In this document: positions 21,887 through 32,139 of the stretch, piece by piece
Layout of the letters: each line of letters begins with the position of its first letter
Position numbering within the stretch: the stretch's first letter is position 1
Source of the DNA: Microcoleus sp.
GTDB lineage: Bacteria; Cyanobacteriota; Cyanobacteriia; Cyanobacteriales; Microcoleaceae
Direction of reading: 5' to 3'
Assembly: GCA_052279835.1 (NCBI GenBank)
Contig: CP181291.1
Location: forward strand, 2,688,001-2,752,000
Length of the DNA: 64,000 nucleotides
Position numbers and translations under genes: made by a program
The notes under the pieces: model-generated
Databases searched by the model: none
Seen by the model: the letters and a program-made list of their open reading frames with translations, nothing else
What the model was told of the DNA's origin: nothing

Positions 21887-22084
21887 CTAAATCTGCTGGG
21901 CTTGCAGCCAATCAAAAATCAGGTTGAGTTGTTCAAGTGTAACCAGCCCGTACTGCCACAGAACCAGAGGCAGTTGACCTGCATCTTGTTCGCCATGCCG
22001 CAGAGCTAGTGCGATCGCCGAATGCGAGATCGCTAACTCCCCCTGCAAATAATCGATCAGTTGAGCCTTTCCCATCACCTTCAC
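21887..22084 (-). CDS. DUF2949 small protein
   Basis: LIDYLQGELAI...LPLVLWQYGLVTLEQLNLIFDWL. Confidence 0.85.
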   Translation of the reverse strand: MKVMGKAQLIDYLQGELAISHSAIALALRHGEQDAGQLPLVLWQYGLVTLEQLNLIFDWLQAQQI

Positions 22085-22264
22085 CGCCAGTTTTATACGC
22101 TTTTTGTAAAGATATGTACCTAATCGGGCTGAATCAGAGATTTAGTTATCCTGATTCTCGGTGGATCGAGGGGAGTTTGGTGTGATGAGAAGTGCCTATA
22201 AATTGTGATATAAATGGTCACAAAAGGCGATCGCTATCACCAAAAATCAAATTATTGCAAATTC

Positions 22265-22645
22265 CTACAATCCTAGCTGAATCTGAACTCCCCCTCCAGT
22301 ACCAGTGTCACTAGGTTTGGGAGGTAAAGGATTTGCTTGGCGCTCGGCATCGGAAGGAGTGGCGATCGAGTCCAATTGGCGATCGCTTTTGATCCGAAAA
22401 GTGTTGCTCCAGCGACTAGCTCTGATACCCAAATCACCCACGGTTTGTGGTTCACCAAGCCAGTATTGATAGTCAGAGTCAAGGGTTCTATCTTCCACCG
22501 TCCTCAGCGAATCTCCTGATAAAGTCGTTTCTGAATTTTGTGGCACTATTTGGGGTCTTGGTTGGGCTAGAACCGGCAGAGTCATACCGATTAACATGGA
22601 GTTCAGTCCCAAAACAGTGCCAAGAGTAGCCATAATTACATTCAC
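22265..22645 (-). CDS. Secreted hypothetical protein
   Basis: Signal peptide ending VLA-Q; TLSGDSLRTVEDR; C-terminal VQIQL. Confidence 0.6.
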   Translation of the reverse strand: MNVIMATLGTVLGLNSMLIGMTLPVLAQPRPQIVPQNSETTLSGDSLRTVEDRTLDSDYQYWLGEPQTVGDLGIRASRWSNTFRIKSDRQLDSIATPSDAERQANPLPPKPSDTGTGGGVQIQLGL

Positions 22646-22993
22646 GATCGCTCCTTGTGCGGCGTTGCATCCTAGTATTCTGATTATATCCAGTTTAAAA
22701 TTCCTAAAGTGTCGAATTAACCAGCGTCAGCTAGAAAGCCAAGCTCATAGTCCGCGGGGGAAAGCTATCCTGAAGGCGCGCCTTCCCGAAGGGTAGTCAG
22801 AAATCGCCCCTGTTGCGAAAGCGGGCGATCGGGTTAAGATAATGGTGACATAAGTGGCAAATTTAATCCGTGGTGCAAAAATATGAGTTTTTAACAGCAA
22901 ATTGCCCGAAAAAACTCTTTCAATTTCACAATCTACCCTACTGAGGTTGCAGTTTACCTAAACATTGTGGGTTATTAAAAGTTTAGCTTCATC

Positions 22994-25882
22994 ATGCCAA
23001 TCAGATATGTGACCAACCAGATTGTAACAATGTTGGGCAAAGTACCAATTCGGATCGTCCTGGTTGTGCCTTTTGCCCTCCAGACTTTTGCTGCTGTAGG
23101 TCTAACTGGGTGGCTATCGCTGCGGAACGGGCGCATAGCAGTCAACGATGTGGCTGCCCAACTGCGGGCAGAAGTTACATCGCGTATCCAGCAACATATT
23201 AATAGTTATATTGCCACGCCACACCAAATCAATCAGCTAAATATTGATGCCATCCGTCTCGGTATTTTAAAACTAGATGATTCCGCTAGTTTGCAGAAAT
23301 ACTTTACCCAACAAATCCAAGCCTTCGATAAAATTAGCTATATTGAATTCGGCTCAGAAAAAAAAGATTTTATTGGAGTTGAACGCCTCACTGATGGTAA
23401 TTTACAATTTCAGATTTCTAACAAATCTACTGGCTATCATTTTCAGAGCTACGCAGCCTCGGAGTTAGGGACACCAAGCAAGCTGTTAAAAAGTAGTCCC
23501 AACTACGACCCTCGCATCCGCCCATGGTACACAGCACCATTGGAAACTGGCAAACCGACTTGGAGCAAAATTTATACTTATTTTGACTCACCAAAACTAG
23601 CGATTACCGCGGCTGCACCGGTTTACGGCGAAGGCGGCCAACTGATTGGAGTAGTGGGTTCAGACTTGATACTTTCCCATATCAATAAATTCTTAAACCA
23701 TCTAAAAATAGGTAAATCGGGAGAGACTTTTATTGTAGAAAAGTCTGGTGAATTGGTGGCAAATTCGACTCAGGAACCGCCATTTATTGTTAGTAATGGT
23801 GTGGCAAAACGGATTAGGGCAACGAGCAGCAATAATCCTTTGATTCGATCGACTGCTCGCTATTTGACCAAGCGCTTCGGGGATTTGAGGAAGATTAATG
23901 ACACTTATCAGCTAGATTTTGCGATCGACGGGGAACGGCAATTTCTACAAGTAACACCGCTGGTTGATGAGAGAGGGATCGACTGGCTGATTGTGGTGGC
24001 GGTTCCTGAAGCCGATTTTATGGAAAGGATTCACAGCAACACTCGCGACACTGTGTGGCTGTGTTTTGGTGCTTTGGTGGTGGCGATCGCGATTGGTGGC
24101 TTAACTTCGAGGTGGATTGTGGTCCCAATTCAGCGTCTGAGTAAGGCTGCGGAGGATTTGTCGCGGGGAGAATGGGACTCGACGGCGCTAGATCCGCAGT
24201 TGATGGCATCTGTCAAGCGCGAGGATGAGGTGGGTGTTCTGGCGCGTTCTTTTCATCGGATGGCGGGTCAGTTGGAAGAGTCTTTTACTACTCTAGAAGA
24301 TCGGGTGGAATCGGCGATCGCCGACAAAACTCAATTAATTAGTTCTCTCAAAAACTCCCAGCAAAAACTCGCTCTCCACCTGCATCAAACTCCTTTAGGG
24401 GCTATTGAATGGAATCTCAATTTTGAAGTAGCGGAATGGAATTTATCAGCCGAAAGAATTTTTGGCTACAACCGTTTGGAAGCTATGGGACGTCACGGAG
24501 TCGATCTGATCGTTCCTGAAAGTGCTAAGGAGTACGTCAGGCAATTATCTATCACTTTGTTAACTAATCAAGGAGGAGTTAGTAGCATCAACGAGAACGT
24601 CAGAAAAGATGGTAAAGTTATTCTTTGCGAGTGGTACAATACTACTTTGGTGGATACTAATGGTTGTATAATCGGAGTAGCATCGCTGGTTCAAGATGTG
24701 ACTGATTTTCACAATGCTATGGCGCAGTTGCGGGCTAGCGAGGAGCGGTTTCGTCAGTTGGCAGAAAATATTCACGAGGTATTTTGGATTAGAGAACCAA
24801 ATCACAAGCAGATAGTTTATGTGAGTCCAGCTTGTGAGAAAATATGGAATCGGAGCAGTCAGATTTTGTATTCTGAACCAACATCTTTTTGGGATGCGAT
24901 TCATCCAGACGATCGCGATCGCATCTATGCTGCTTTTGAGAAACAGGTGCGGGGCGATTATGATGAGGAATATCGAGTAGTGCGATCGTCCGGCTCAGTC
25001 TGTTGGGTACGCGATCGGGCTTTTCCAGTACGGAACGAAACAGGAGAAATTTACCGCATCGTCGGCATTGCCGAAGATATTACCCAGCGCAAATTAGCAG
25101 AAGAATTCCAAAAAGTCGCTCAAACTGCTCAAGCTGCCAACCAAGCAAAAAGCGCATTTTTAGCCAATATGAGCCACGAATTGCGAACTCCCCTCAACGC
25201 GATTATCGGCTACAGCGATCTACTCAAAGAAGATGCTGAGGACTTGGGTTGCGAAGATTTTATCCCTGACTTGCTGAAAATTCAAACTGCTGGGAAACAC
25301 TTGCTATCTTTAATTAGTGACATTCTGGATATTTCTAAGATAGAAGCAGGGCGAATGGAACTATATTTAGAAACTTTCAGCCCTGCTCATTTAATTGATG
25401 AGGTAGTTTCGACTGTCGAATCCTTGGTGCATAAAAATTCTAATAAGTTTGAAGTAGATTGCGATCAAGAGTTGGGAGTGATGTATGCTGATATTACTAA
25501 AACTAGGCAAATATTACTCAACTTGCTGAGCAATGCCGCCAAATTCACTAAAGGTGGCAAGATTAAAATCAGCGTTGAAAGAGTGAAAAACCAAAGCTCA
25601 AAGCTGCACCAACAAGAAGACTCTCGCGAATGGATAGTTTTCCGGGTAGCAGATACAGGTATTGGTATTCCCCCGGAACAATTACAGCATTTATTTCAAG
25701 CTTTTATACAGGGCGATGCCTCCACCACGCGCCAGTATGGCGGCACGGGTTTAGGATTAACCATTAGCCGTCACTTTTGCCTGATGATGGGTGGCGATAT
25801 TCAAGTCGAAAGTCAGTTAGGTTGCGGTTCTATTTTTACTGTGCGCTTGCCCGATCGCGTTACATTAAAAAGAGAGAGTTAA
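22994..25882 (+). CDS. Membrane sensor histidine kinase (Cache-HAMP-PAS-PAS-HisKA-HATPase)
   Basis: YDPRIRPWY Cache, DEVGVLARSF HAMP, two PAS/PAC, FLANMSHELRTPLN, NLLSNAAKFT, GGTGLGL. Confidence 0.93.
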   Translation: MPIRYVTNQIVTMLGKVPIRIVLVVPFALQTFAAVGLTGWLSLRNGRIAVNDVAAQLRAEVTSRIQQHINSYIATPHQINQLNIDAIRLGILKLDDSASLQKYFTQQIQAFDKISYIEFGSEKKDFIGVERLTDGNLQFQISNKSTGYHFQSYAASELGTPSKLLKSSPNYDPRIRPWYTAPLETGKPTWSKIYTYFDSPKLAITAAAPVYGEGGQLIGVVGSDLILSHINKFLNHLKIGKSGETFIVEKSGELVANSTQEPPFIVSNGVAKRIRATSSNNPLIRSTARYLTKRFGDLRKINDTYQLDFAIDGERQFLQVTPLVDERGIDWLIVVAVPEADFMERIHSNTRDTVWLCFGALVVAIAIGGLTSRWIVVPIQRLSKAAEDLSRGEWDSTALDPQLMASVKREDEVGVLARSFHRMAGQLEESFTTLEDRVESAIADKTQLISSLKNSQQKLALHLHQTPLGAIEWNLNFEVAEWNLSAERIFGYNRLEAMGRHGVDLIVPESAKEYVRQLSITLLTNQGGVSSINENVRKDGKVILCEWYNTTLVDTNGCIIGVASLVQDVTDFHNAMAQLRASEERFRQLAENIHEVFWIREPNHKQIVYVSPACEKIWNRSSQILYSEPTSFWDAIHPDDRDRIYAAFEKQVRGDYDEEYRVVRSSGSVCWVRDRAFPVRNETGEIYRIVGIAEDITQRKLAEEFQKVAQTAQAANQAKSAFLANMSHELRTPLNAIIGYSDLLKEDAEDLGCEDFIPDLLKIQTAGKHLLSLISDILDISKIEAGRMELYLETFSPAHLIDEVVSTVESLVHKNSNKFEVDCDQELGVMYADITKTRQILLNLLSNAAKFTKGGKIKISVERVKNQSSKLHQQEDSREWIVFRVADTGIGIPPEQLQHLFQAFIQGDASTTRQYGGTGLGLTISRHFCLMMGGDIQVESQLGCGSIFTVRLPDRVTLKRES

Positions 25883-25903
25883 AGTCATGACTACCAAAGG
25901 ATT

Positions 25904-26497
25904 TTAATTTTTAATTTGAGGTTTTTGTCGCCCCAAAAGTTGGGCGGTTAATACACCACCGACAAACCCAAAAAAATGGGCTTGCCATGAAACTCCTGGC
26001 TGAGATGGTAATACTCCCCAAATTAAACTGCCGTAGAAGAAACCAACAATTAAAGATAGTAAAATTGAAGTAAAGCTACGCTCAAAGTAGCCCCGCAGCA
26101 GCAAAAAGCCGAAGTAACCAAAGATTAATCCGCTGGCACCAATATGAACGGAATTGGGCGCGCCGGTTAACCAAACTCCCAATCCGCTAACTAGCATAGT
26201 GACGCCACTCACGACAAAAAAATCGCTAACTTCTCGTAGCATAATCAACCAACCCAATGTCACAAAAGGAAGGGTATTGGCGGCTAAGTGGGCAAAACTG
26301 CCGTGTAGAAAAGGCATTAACAGGATGCCTTGAAGTCCGTCAAGGTTGCGGGGGCGCACTCCGTAGGAATTGAGGGCGCCTCGGAAAACAAATACATCGA
26401 CAATCTCTATCATCCAGAAGAGGGCGACGCAGCTACCGAGAATGGCGACATGACTTTGCAATTCCCTGGTGATAGTTTTGGTATTTGGGTTGCTCAT
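25904..26497 (-). CDS. Rhomboid family intramembrane serine protease
   Basis: PFLHGSFAHLAAN, HIGASG, SWQAHFFG; start moved to MSNPNTK. Confidence 0.9.
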   Translation of the reverse strand: MSNPNTKTITRELQSHVAILGSCVALFWMIEIVDVFVFRGALNSYGVRPRNLDGLQGILLMPFLHGSFAHLAANTLPFVTLGWLIMLREVSDFFVVSGVTMLVSGLGVWLTGAPNSVHIGASGLIFGYFGFLLLRGYFERSFTSILLSLIVGFFYGSLIWGVLPSQPGVSWQAHFFGFVGGVLTAQLLGRQKPQIKN

Positions 26498-27078
26498 GGT
26501 TGGTGAGGGTGATGATTGACGGCTATGTATAATTGTAGAATTTTTTGAGCGATCGCTCCAGGAATAGTTGAGGCTGGGTTTCAAAGAATTTTGTAGCCAC
26601 ACTCATTTGTAATTCTTATCACTTTTATCTAAAATTCCGCATTTTCACGTATGGAATAATTCACAGAAATCAGTCAGAATTAAAAGAGAACTACAAAAAG
26701 TGAGTCAACCGAATGTAGAAAGTAAAACATCAAAGGCAGAATTTCTAGCCCATAGATGAATCCTTGGTCTGGAAGTAAGGACACTTTTTCGATCGCACAC
26801 TCTGTCTGAAAAAAGTATTGTATTAGACCATACAATGTCAGGGTAAGCAAGCCGAGCAAAGTTTTTTCCTGCTGGTTTGAGCATCACTGCCTTGGTGCGA
26901 TCGCACAGCCTGGAACTAGATCAAAAATTCAAGGAACTAATTTTTTCGCCAAAAGTCATTAATTCAAGAAGTTCAATCCGGTAAAGCAAAACGGGATGCT
27001 GTAGATACTGATTGTAGATAATCTCTTAACTCTACAGAGAGTTCTAGGCACCTCGTTGTAAAAGAGGAACAGATCAAA

Positions 27079-27456
27079 ATGAATGTATTTCAGCATACAG
27101 TACCCCACCGCACTCTGCCAATTTGGGTATGGGTTGGTAAACAAGAAACCGCCGTTAGTGTCGCTACAAATCCTCAACCTTACGGTAAAAAACCGCGCTT
27201 TGACTTATTGCATCCCCTGAAACAGTGGCTGGATAGCACCGAAATTAAAAGTCAAAAATTGGCTCGATTGTTGTGTAAGTTTATTCCGTCCCAGTGTCCG
27301 TTTGAGCGAGAAATCAAAGTTGGCGATCGCACTTTATTTCGCATTCCGCCGATGTGCAAGTTAAACCCGCTTTACGAACAAGTAGTGGGGATGCGGTTTC
27401 GAGCTTTGTGTTATTTGGCTGATGAGTGTGGCGAGGATGTGACTCCCTATTGTTAA
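27079..27456 (+). CDS. Mo-dependent nitrogenase C-terminal domain protein
   Basis: LCKFIPSQCPFER...IPPMCKLNPLYEQVVGMRFRALCYLADECGED. Confidence 0.88.
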   Translation: MNVFQHTVPHRTLPIWVWVGKQETAVSVATNPQPYGKKPRFDLLHPLKQWLDSTEIKSQKLARLLCKFIPSQCPFEREIKVGDRTLFRIPPMCKLNPLYEQVVGMRFRALCYLADECGEDVTPYC

Positions 27457-27604
27457 TTCTGTAAAAGCTTCAATTTCTAACTCTATTTTATGGTAACTCT
27501 CCCTATTCCTTGTTGGGGAGGGTTTTTTTAGTTTCAGATTGTTCAGCGGTTGAAACCGCTACTAAACAAGTGAAGTCTGCCTCCGCAGACTAAGAGATAT
27601 CCTT

Positions 27605-27639
27605 TTAGAGCCCCGATTTCTTTAAGAATTCGGGGCTCT
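27605..27639. terminator. Hairpin between convergent genes
   Basis: TAGAGCCCCGA...TCGGGGCTCTA. Confidence 0.6.
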
Positions 27640-27656
27640 AGCAGCATCGGATTTAG

Positions 27657-28112
27657 CTAAAAGGAGCGAATTACTCGTTGTTCGAGAATGCGTTTGCCGT
27701 TTTTATAAACACTGAGGCTGGCTCCTGTAACAATGTAATCGTAGGCGCCATTTTTGGCAACGTAACCCGTTCCCTCTTCAGTGCGGGCACGCAGCGAGAT
27801 CGTGCTGCCGTTACTCTTTTTAACGCCATAGTAATATAGTTGATTGGCGTGGTTGTAGCACAGATAAATGCGAAAGTTGCTGGTCTCAAAATAGTGTTCT
27901 ACTTTCTGTCCCTTGCGAACACAAAAATCTCTCACCAGTTTTTCGGGAGTGGATGAGTTGGCTATTTGTATTGTTTCAGTGGGAAACTGAGTGCGAGATG
28001 CTGATCTCGTGCTATCATTGGATTGTCCTAGGGCAAAGGTTGCAGCGGGATTGCTGGCAAATAGCATTAAACCGAGTAAGCTGGTTTGGGTCAGTCTGGC
28101 TGTGAAGTTCAT
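27657..28112 (-). CDS. Secreted hypothetical protein (beta-rich, Cys pair)
   Basis: Signal peptide; FETSNFRIYLC...YVAKNGAYDYIV. Confidence 0.65.
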   Translation of the reverse strand: MNFTARLTQTSLLGLMLFASNPAATFALGQSNDSTRSASRTQFPTETIQIANSSTPEKLVRDFCVRKGQKVEHYFETSNFRIYLCYNHANQLYYYGVKKSNGSTISLRARTEEGTGYVAKNGAYDYIVTGASLSVYKNGKRILEQRVIRSF

Positions 28113-28521
28113 AAATCTTTCGTTTAAAATATGTTGATGCGTCTAATCTAGATAAATTGGATTGATTGGCGCGAGCGCACATTACAGTTTTCACAATTGG
28201 TCTAAAGGAGGAAATGCTTTGATGCAATTTCCGTTTCCCCTGAGATTTTGTACCATTCTCAATAAGCTTTCAGAGGCAGGCTAGAAGCCCGCCCCACAAA
28301 AGGATTGAATGTATAGTCAAAAGCCCGTTGCTGAGAATGGTATTTTTCGGTGAGTTTGCCCGCAACTGACTAGCCAGGGGACAATTAAATAACTGGCACT
28401 TTCGATCCCCGATCGGGCTTATGCACTAACAGGCGATCGCGAGGACAAAGCAGAGAATTATTTTAAATATTGTGCGCCAACTGCGGGCGCGGATGCTAAG
28501 TTTCATCAATTCTCGATCGGT

Positions 28522-28627
28522 TAGGACTTACGCATAAGTACCAAAGAAACCGGGTTTTTTGCCGTTTTTGTCACTTTAACGGGGTATTTTTCACAAAAAT
28601 CCGGTTTCTGCCCACTCGTGGGTCCAG
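28522..28627. repeat. MITE-like element, family B
   Basis: TAGGACTTACGCA...AGAAACCGGGTTTTT / AAAAATCCGGTTTCT. Confidence 0.7.
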
Positions 28628-28678
28628 GATTATAAGTGCGATCGTCCGCCACGCACCCGCAACCCACGAGGGAACTGT

Positions 28679-28897
28679 TTACGTGTCGTTTTTGGGCTTT
28701 TCCGGCCCAGAAGGTAGATCTCCCTTTTTTTTGGCTTCTAACACCGCTGTTTCAACGATAAAAGCTATCAAACTAGCTGTGGGTCTACCTTGTCGATCGG
28801 CCCACAGTTCTAAGGATTCATAGATGTAGTCGGGGAGTGTGATGTGAACGCGCTTGCTCACTGTGAATACTTGCTTTTTGCTAACGCTCGCAATCAT
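28679..28897 (-). CDS. Ribbon-helix-helix (CopG-like) DNA-binding protein
   Basis: SKRVHITLPDYIYESLELWADRQGRPTASLIAFIVE. Confidence 0.8.
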   Translation of the reverse strand: MIASVSKKQVFTVSKRVHITLPDYIYESLELWADRQGRPTASLIAFIVETAVLEAKKKGDLPSGPEKPKNDT

Positions 28898-28992
28898 ACA
28901 AGTTTACGCCGATCGTTCGACTAATTTTGGTTGGTAGTTGATAAGCGTGCGATCGCCTTTGGTTTGAGAAGGGCGATCGTACAAATTATATT

Positions 28993-29215
28993 TCAGGCTC
29001 GATCGGGATTGTCCTCTTCGTAATCCATTAAGTCTCCGGGCTTGCAATTTAGTGATTTGCAGAGAACGTTTAACGTTGCTGCGTCTATTCGGGTCAGGTA
29101 ACGGCGAGTTTTGAGCCGAGAAATAGACCCTGGGATTCATGCCCGTGAGGAGGGCCAGTTCTTTGTTACTGATATTCCGATCGGCCATGACAACTGCTAA
29201 TCTCCACCGGATCAC
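28993..29215 (-). pseudogene. Cro/C1-type HTH regulator with a +1 frameshift (possible sequencing error)
   Basis: IRWRLAVVMADRNISNKELA then, after removing one base at 29128-29134, SISRLK...TLNVLCKSLNCKPGDLMDY. Confidence 0.8.
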
Positions 29216-29300
29216 TGTTTAACTACTCACAAGCTTTGCAAGGCAGATGCTAGCACCTTGTCGGTCAAATTTTTTCCTGCATAGACTATACCAGTAGTAA

Positions 29301-29458
29301 AATAGACCGTTGCGGTTGTCATATTACTTTATTTGGATTAAACTAGGGTCGTTGTCGGTCGCTTTCGCAGTTGGTCTGATGCAGAGGGTCACTTGCGAGT
29401 TCTCAAACAACTGCTTCCGGCTGCGAGATTGACTTTAGTTTTCGATCCGATCGACTAA
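29301..29458 (+). pseudogene. Decayed paralog of the small protein at 17959-18138
   Basis: RVVVGRFRSWSDAEGHLRVLKQLLPAARLTLVFDP, preceded by an in-frame TAA at 29339. Confidence 0.7.
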
Positions 29459-29497
29459 TTTTGATTGCGAGTTGATTGTTAAACTAGACGCAAGATA

Positions 29498-29612
29498 TCA
29501 GAATTACGCATCAAAACCTTCATAAACCGGGTTTTTGCGGTTTTTGCAGACTCTAACAAAGTATTCTCGTAAAAACCCGGTTTCTGACCACCCGTGAGTA
29601 ATATAAGTCCTA
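29498..29612. repeat. MITE-like element, family B
   Basis: AAACCGGGTTTTT / AAAAACCCGGTTTCT with outer TTACGCA / TAAGTCCTA. Confidence 0.7.
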
Positions 29613-29635
29613 ATCTATTGAATTGGGGAAAAACC

Positions 29636-30265
29636 GTGACAGCTATTCTACAAGTAACAGAACAGCCAACAGCACAAGACTACTTCACTCCAGAAGAATA
29701 TCTCGCCCTGGAAAAAGCAGCAGAGTACAAAAGTGAATATCTCGACGGAGTAATTATTCCCATAACAGGTGGAACTACGAATCATAATCGCATTTCTTTG
29801 AATATGAGTATAGCATTACGTCTTGCTCTTAAGGGACTTGACTATGATGTTTTCATCGGTGACGTGCGTCTGTGGCTGCCGAAAAAGCGATTTTATACTT
29901 ATCCCGATGTGATGGTAATTCCGGGCAAACCTGAGTATTACAATAATCGCCAGGATACGGTGATGAATCCTCAAGCGATTGTGGAAGTTTTATCTAAATC
30001 TACGAAAGCTTACGATCGCAGTGATAAATTTAAGTTATATCAAACGATTCCGACCTTTCAAGAGTATATTCTGATTGACCAATCCCAGGTTTATATAGAA
30101 CAGTATTGTAAGTTGGCAAACAAGCGGTGGTCTTACCGTCAGTATGATGAGGAAGATGCGGCGTTAGTTTTTAATTTCTTTCAAGTTGAAGTTGCGCTGG
30201 CTGATGTCTATGAGAAGGTGGATTTTGATGCGGAAAATGAGGCGGAAGAAAGCGGGGAGGAATAA
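29636..30265 (+). CDS. Uma2 family (DUF820) endonuclease
   Basis: TPEEYLALE, YTYPDVMV, VEVLSKST...DKFKLY. Confidence 0.92.
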   Translation: MTAILQVTEQPTAQDYFTPEEYLALEKAAEYKSEYLDGVIIPITGGTTNHNRISLNMSIALRLALKGLDYDVFIGDVRLWLPKKRFYTYPDVMVIPGKPEYYNNRQDTVMNPQAIVEVLSKSTKAYDRSDKFKLYQTIPTFQEYILIDQSQVYIEQYCKLANKRWSYRQYDEEDAALVFNFFQVEVALADVYEKVDFDAENEAEESGEE

Positions 30266-30309
30266 GGTATTTCGCTTTGTTGGGAATGCGGGTTATCATT
30301 TAAGTGAGC

Positions 30310-30331
30310 GATTCCCTTCGGGATAGCTTCG
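30310..30331. repeat. Short dispersed repeat GATTCCCTWCGGGATAGCTTCG (copy 1)
   Basis: 21/22 identical to 31009-31030; context GCGAT...CGC resembles a split HIP1 site. Confidence 0.75.
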
Positions 30332-30386
30332 CACGCGCGTACTCAAAAGAAATATTTGTTCAACATCCTTGTGGGAGAATATCAAG

Positions 30387-31004
30387 ATGACAGCCACTTT
30401 GCAAACAACCGAGCAACGTTACTGCACAGAAGAGCAATATTTAGCACTGGAAGAAACAGCAGAGTACAAAAGCGAATATCTCGACGGAGAAATTATTGCT
30501 ATGACAGGCGGATCTACCAATCACAATCGGATCTCAGGAAATGTTTACATTGCTTTAAATTTTAGTCTTCCAGAACAAGAGTATGATGTCTTCATCGGTG
30601 ACGTGCGTCTGTGGATACCAAAAGTGCGACTGTACACTTATCCCGATGTAATGGTAATTTTTGGACAACCTGAGTACCGCAGCAATCGCACAGACACGAT
30701 TACCAACCCTCAAGTTATTGTGGAAGTTTTATCAAAGTCTACTAAAAACTACGATCGAGTTGACAAGTTTACATTTTACAAAACTATACCTTCTTTTCGA
30801 GAATACATTCTGATTGACCAAACAAAAATCAAAATCGAGCAGTATTCTAAAACCGAGAATAAAAGATGGTTGTATAGCGAGTATGATGAGGAAGATACGG
30901 CATTAGTGTTTAATTCCTTTCAGCTAGAAGTTCCTCTATCTGCTATTTATAAGAAAGTTAATTTTGAGCAAGTTGAGCAAGAAGATAGTCAAAATGAGGA
31001 GTGA
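30387..31004 (+). CDS. Uma2 family (DUF820) endonuclease, tandem paralog
   Basis: Same motifs as the upstream copy. Confidence 0.92.
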   Translation: MTATLQTTEQRYCTEEQYLALEETAEYKSEYLDGEIIAMTGGSTNHNRISGNVYIALNFSLPEQEYDVFIGDVRLWIPKVRLYTYPDVMVIFGQPEYRSNRTDTITNPQVIVEVLSKSTKNYDRVDKFTFYKTIPSFREYILIDQTKIKIEQYSKTENKRWLYSEYDEEDTALVFNSFQLEVPLSAIYKKVNFEQVEQEDSQNEE

Positions 31005-31008
31005 GGGT

Positions 31009-31030
31009 GATTCCCTACGGGATAGCTTCG
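31009..31030. repeat. Short dispersed repeat (copy 2)
   Basis: GATTCCCTACGGGATAGCTTCG. Confidence 0.75.
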
Positions 31031-31031
31031 T

Positions 31032-31316
31032 TTACCAGTTACCGTAATTTTCCTGATGCTCTTTGATAGCTGCTTTGAGGGCGGGGTTAGGTTCGGGTGG
31101 ATTTTCGATCGCAGATGCAAAGATTTCCCAGTCGCGATCGCTCAATACAATTTGGTCTACTTCTAGAGGTGGCTGTTTGGCTGCTTTCAGAGCGATTTCT
31201 AGGAGGTATTCGCCTAGACTCATAGACTTGGCGGCGGCGGCTTTTTCTAGAATTTCTTGATCTGTTTGGCTGAGGGTTAGCTCTATTTTTGTTTGGGTAT
31301 CGGTTGGTGTTGACAT
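31032..31316 (-). CDS. DUF1778 (TacA-like) antitoxin, no adjacent GNAT toxin
   Basis: EILEKAAAAKSMSLGEY...IVLSDRDWEIFASAIENPPEPNPALK; own ATG at 31316. Confidence 0.8.
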   Translation of the reverse strand: MSTPTDTQTKIELTLSQTDQEILEKAAAAKSMSLGEYLLEIALKAAKQPPLEVDQIVLSDRDWEIFASAIENPPEPNPALKAAIKEHQENYGNW

Positions 31317-31381
31317 TGTTTTGTTATAAAAGGGCGATCGACTAATTTTATTGTAGCAATATCGATCGGAGTAAGATTGGC

Positions 31382-31934
31382 TCACCTCTGAATTACCCGA
31401 TGCACTTCTGCTAACGGCAGTTTCTAAAGATTCTGCAATTTGTTCGGCACTCAAACCCAGTTTTGCCAATTTAGGGACTGCTTCTAACTTAGCTTTGCGT
31501 TCGGCTTCTTCTAAAAGTTTTTGATAATTTGGATATTCTTTGACATCATTATCACTTTTATTGTCTGATTCCGATCGTTCTGACGAAAGTGATTCAGATT
31601 CTTGTGCGGGATTACTACAAAAATTAATATGCCCAATTTGTACCGGATTCCCACTATTTGAGAAATTTACTATTCGCCATCTTTCTACCGTAGCGCGAAA
31701 GTTTGATTTGTTAATGTCTGCGCCCAGCGCAGTTGAGAGCATCTGCCATAGCTCATAGCTAGCATCCCTTACATGACCCTGACTACAGTGATATTCTTCC
31801 GCAATTTGTGCGTATTTCCGATTATTCAAGACTCCCTTGAGGATTGCTACTTGCAGGGTGTCGAGGTGTTTGCCAGTCTTGGCAAACACTAGCTCATCAA
31901 TAGAGTTTAAGACCTGTTGGGCATCCATCAGCAT
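31382..31934 (-). CDS. Stand-alone winged-helix-like protein (domain typical of cyanobacterial NTPase N-termini); a +1 frameshift fuses it to DUF1778 in the ORF track
   Basis: HLDTLQVAILKG...YAQIAEEY...LWQMLSTALG...KSNFR; tail LGLSAEQIAESLELPLAEV* restored by deleting one T at 31421-31423. Confidence 0.7.
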
Positions 31935-31960
31935 ATCTGAATACAACACTATTTTAATAT

Positions 31961-32000
31961 AACCCGTTTTTTTCCGACTTTATCCGCTTTTTTCCGACTT
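31961..32000. promoter_or_regulatory. Four 10-bp phased repeats in a divergent promoter
   Basis: AACCCGTTTT TTTCCGACTT TATCCGCTTT TTTCCGACTT. Confidence 0.55.
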
Positions 32001-32139
32001 GCCAAAGCTGCGATCGGTTGACATGATAAGTAGTATCAAGTTGATTAAATTACTTGCCGAATTATCGATGGGTGTATTTGGAGCGTCAGCCACAATACCG
32101 AATTGATATAGCCAACAGTTATTACTTCACTTTGTCAAT

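Noticed and set aside
27079..27456. Nitrogen fixation gene
   Set aside because: The domain name is historical; no nif genes are present
31032..31949. 305-aa regulator-antitoxin fusion in the ORF track
   Set aside because: Explained by one extra base at 31421-31423; the linker is non-protein-like and DUF1778 has its own ATG
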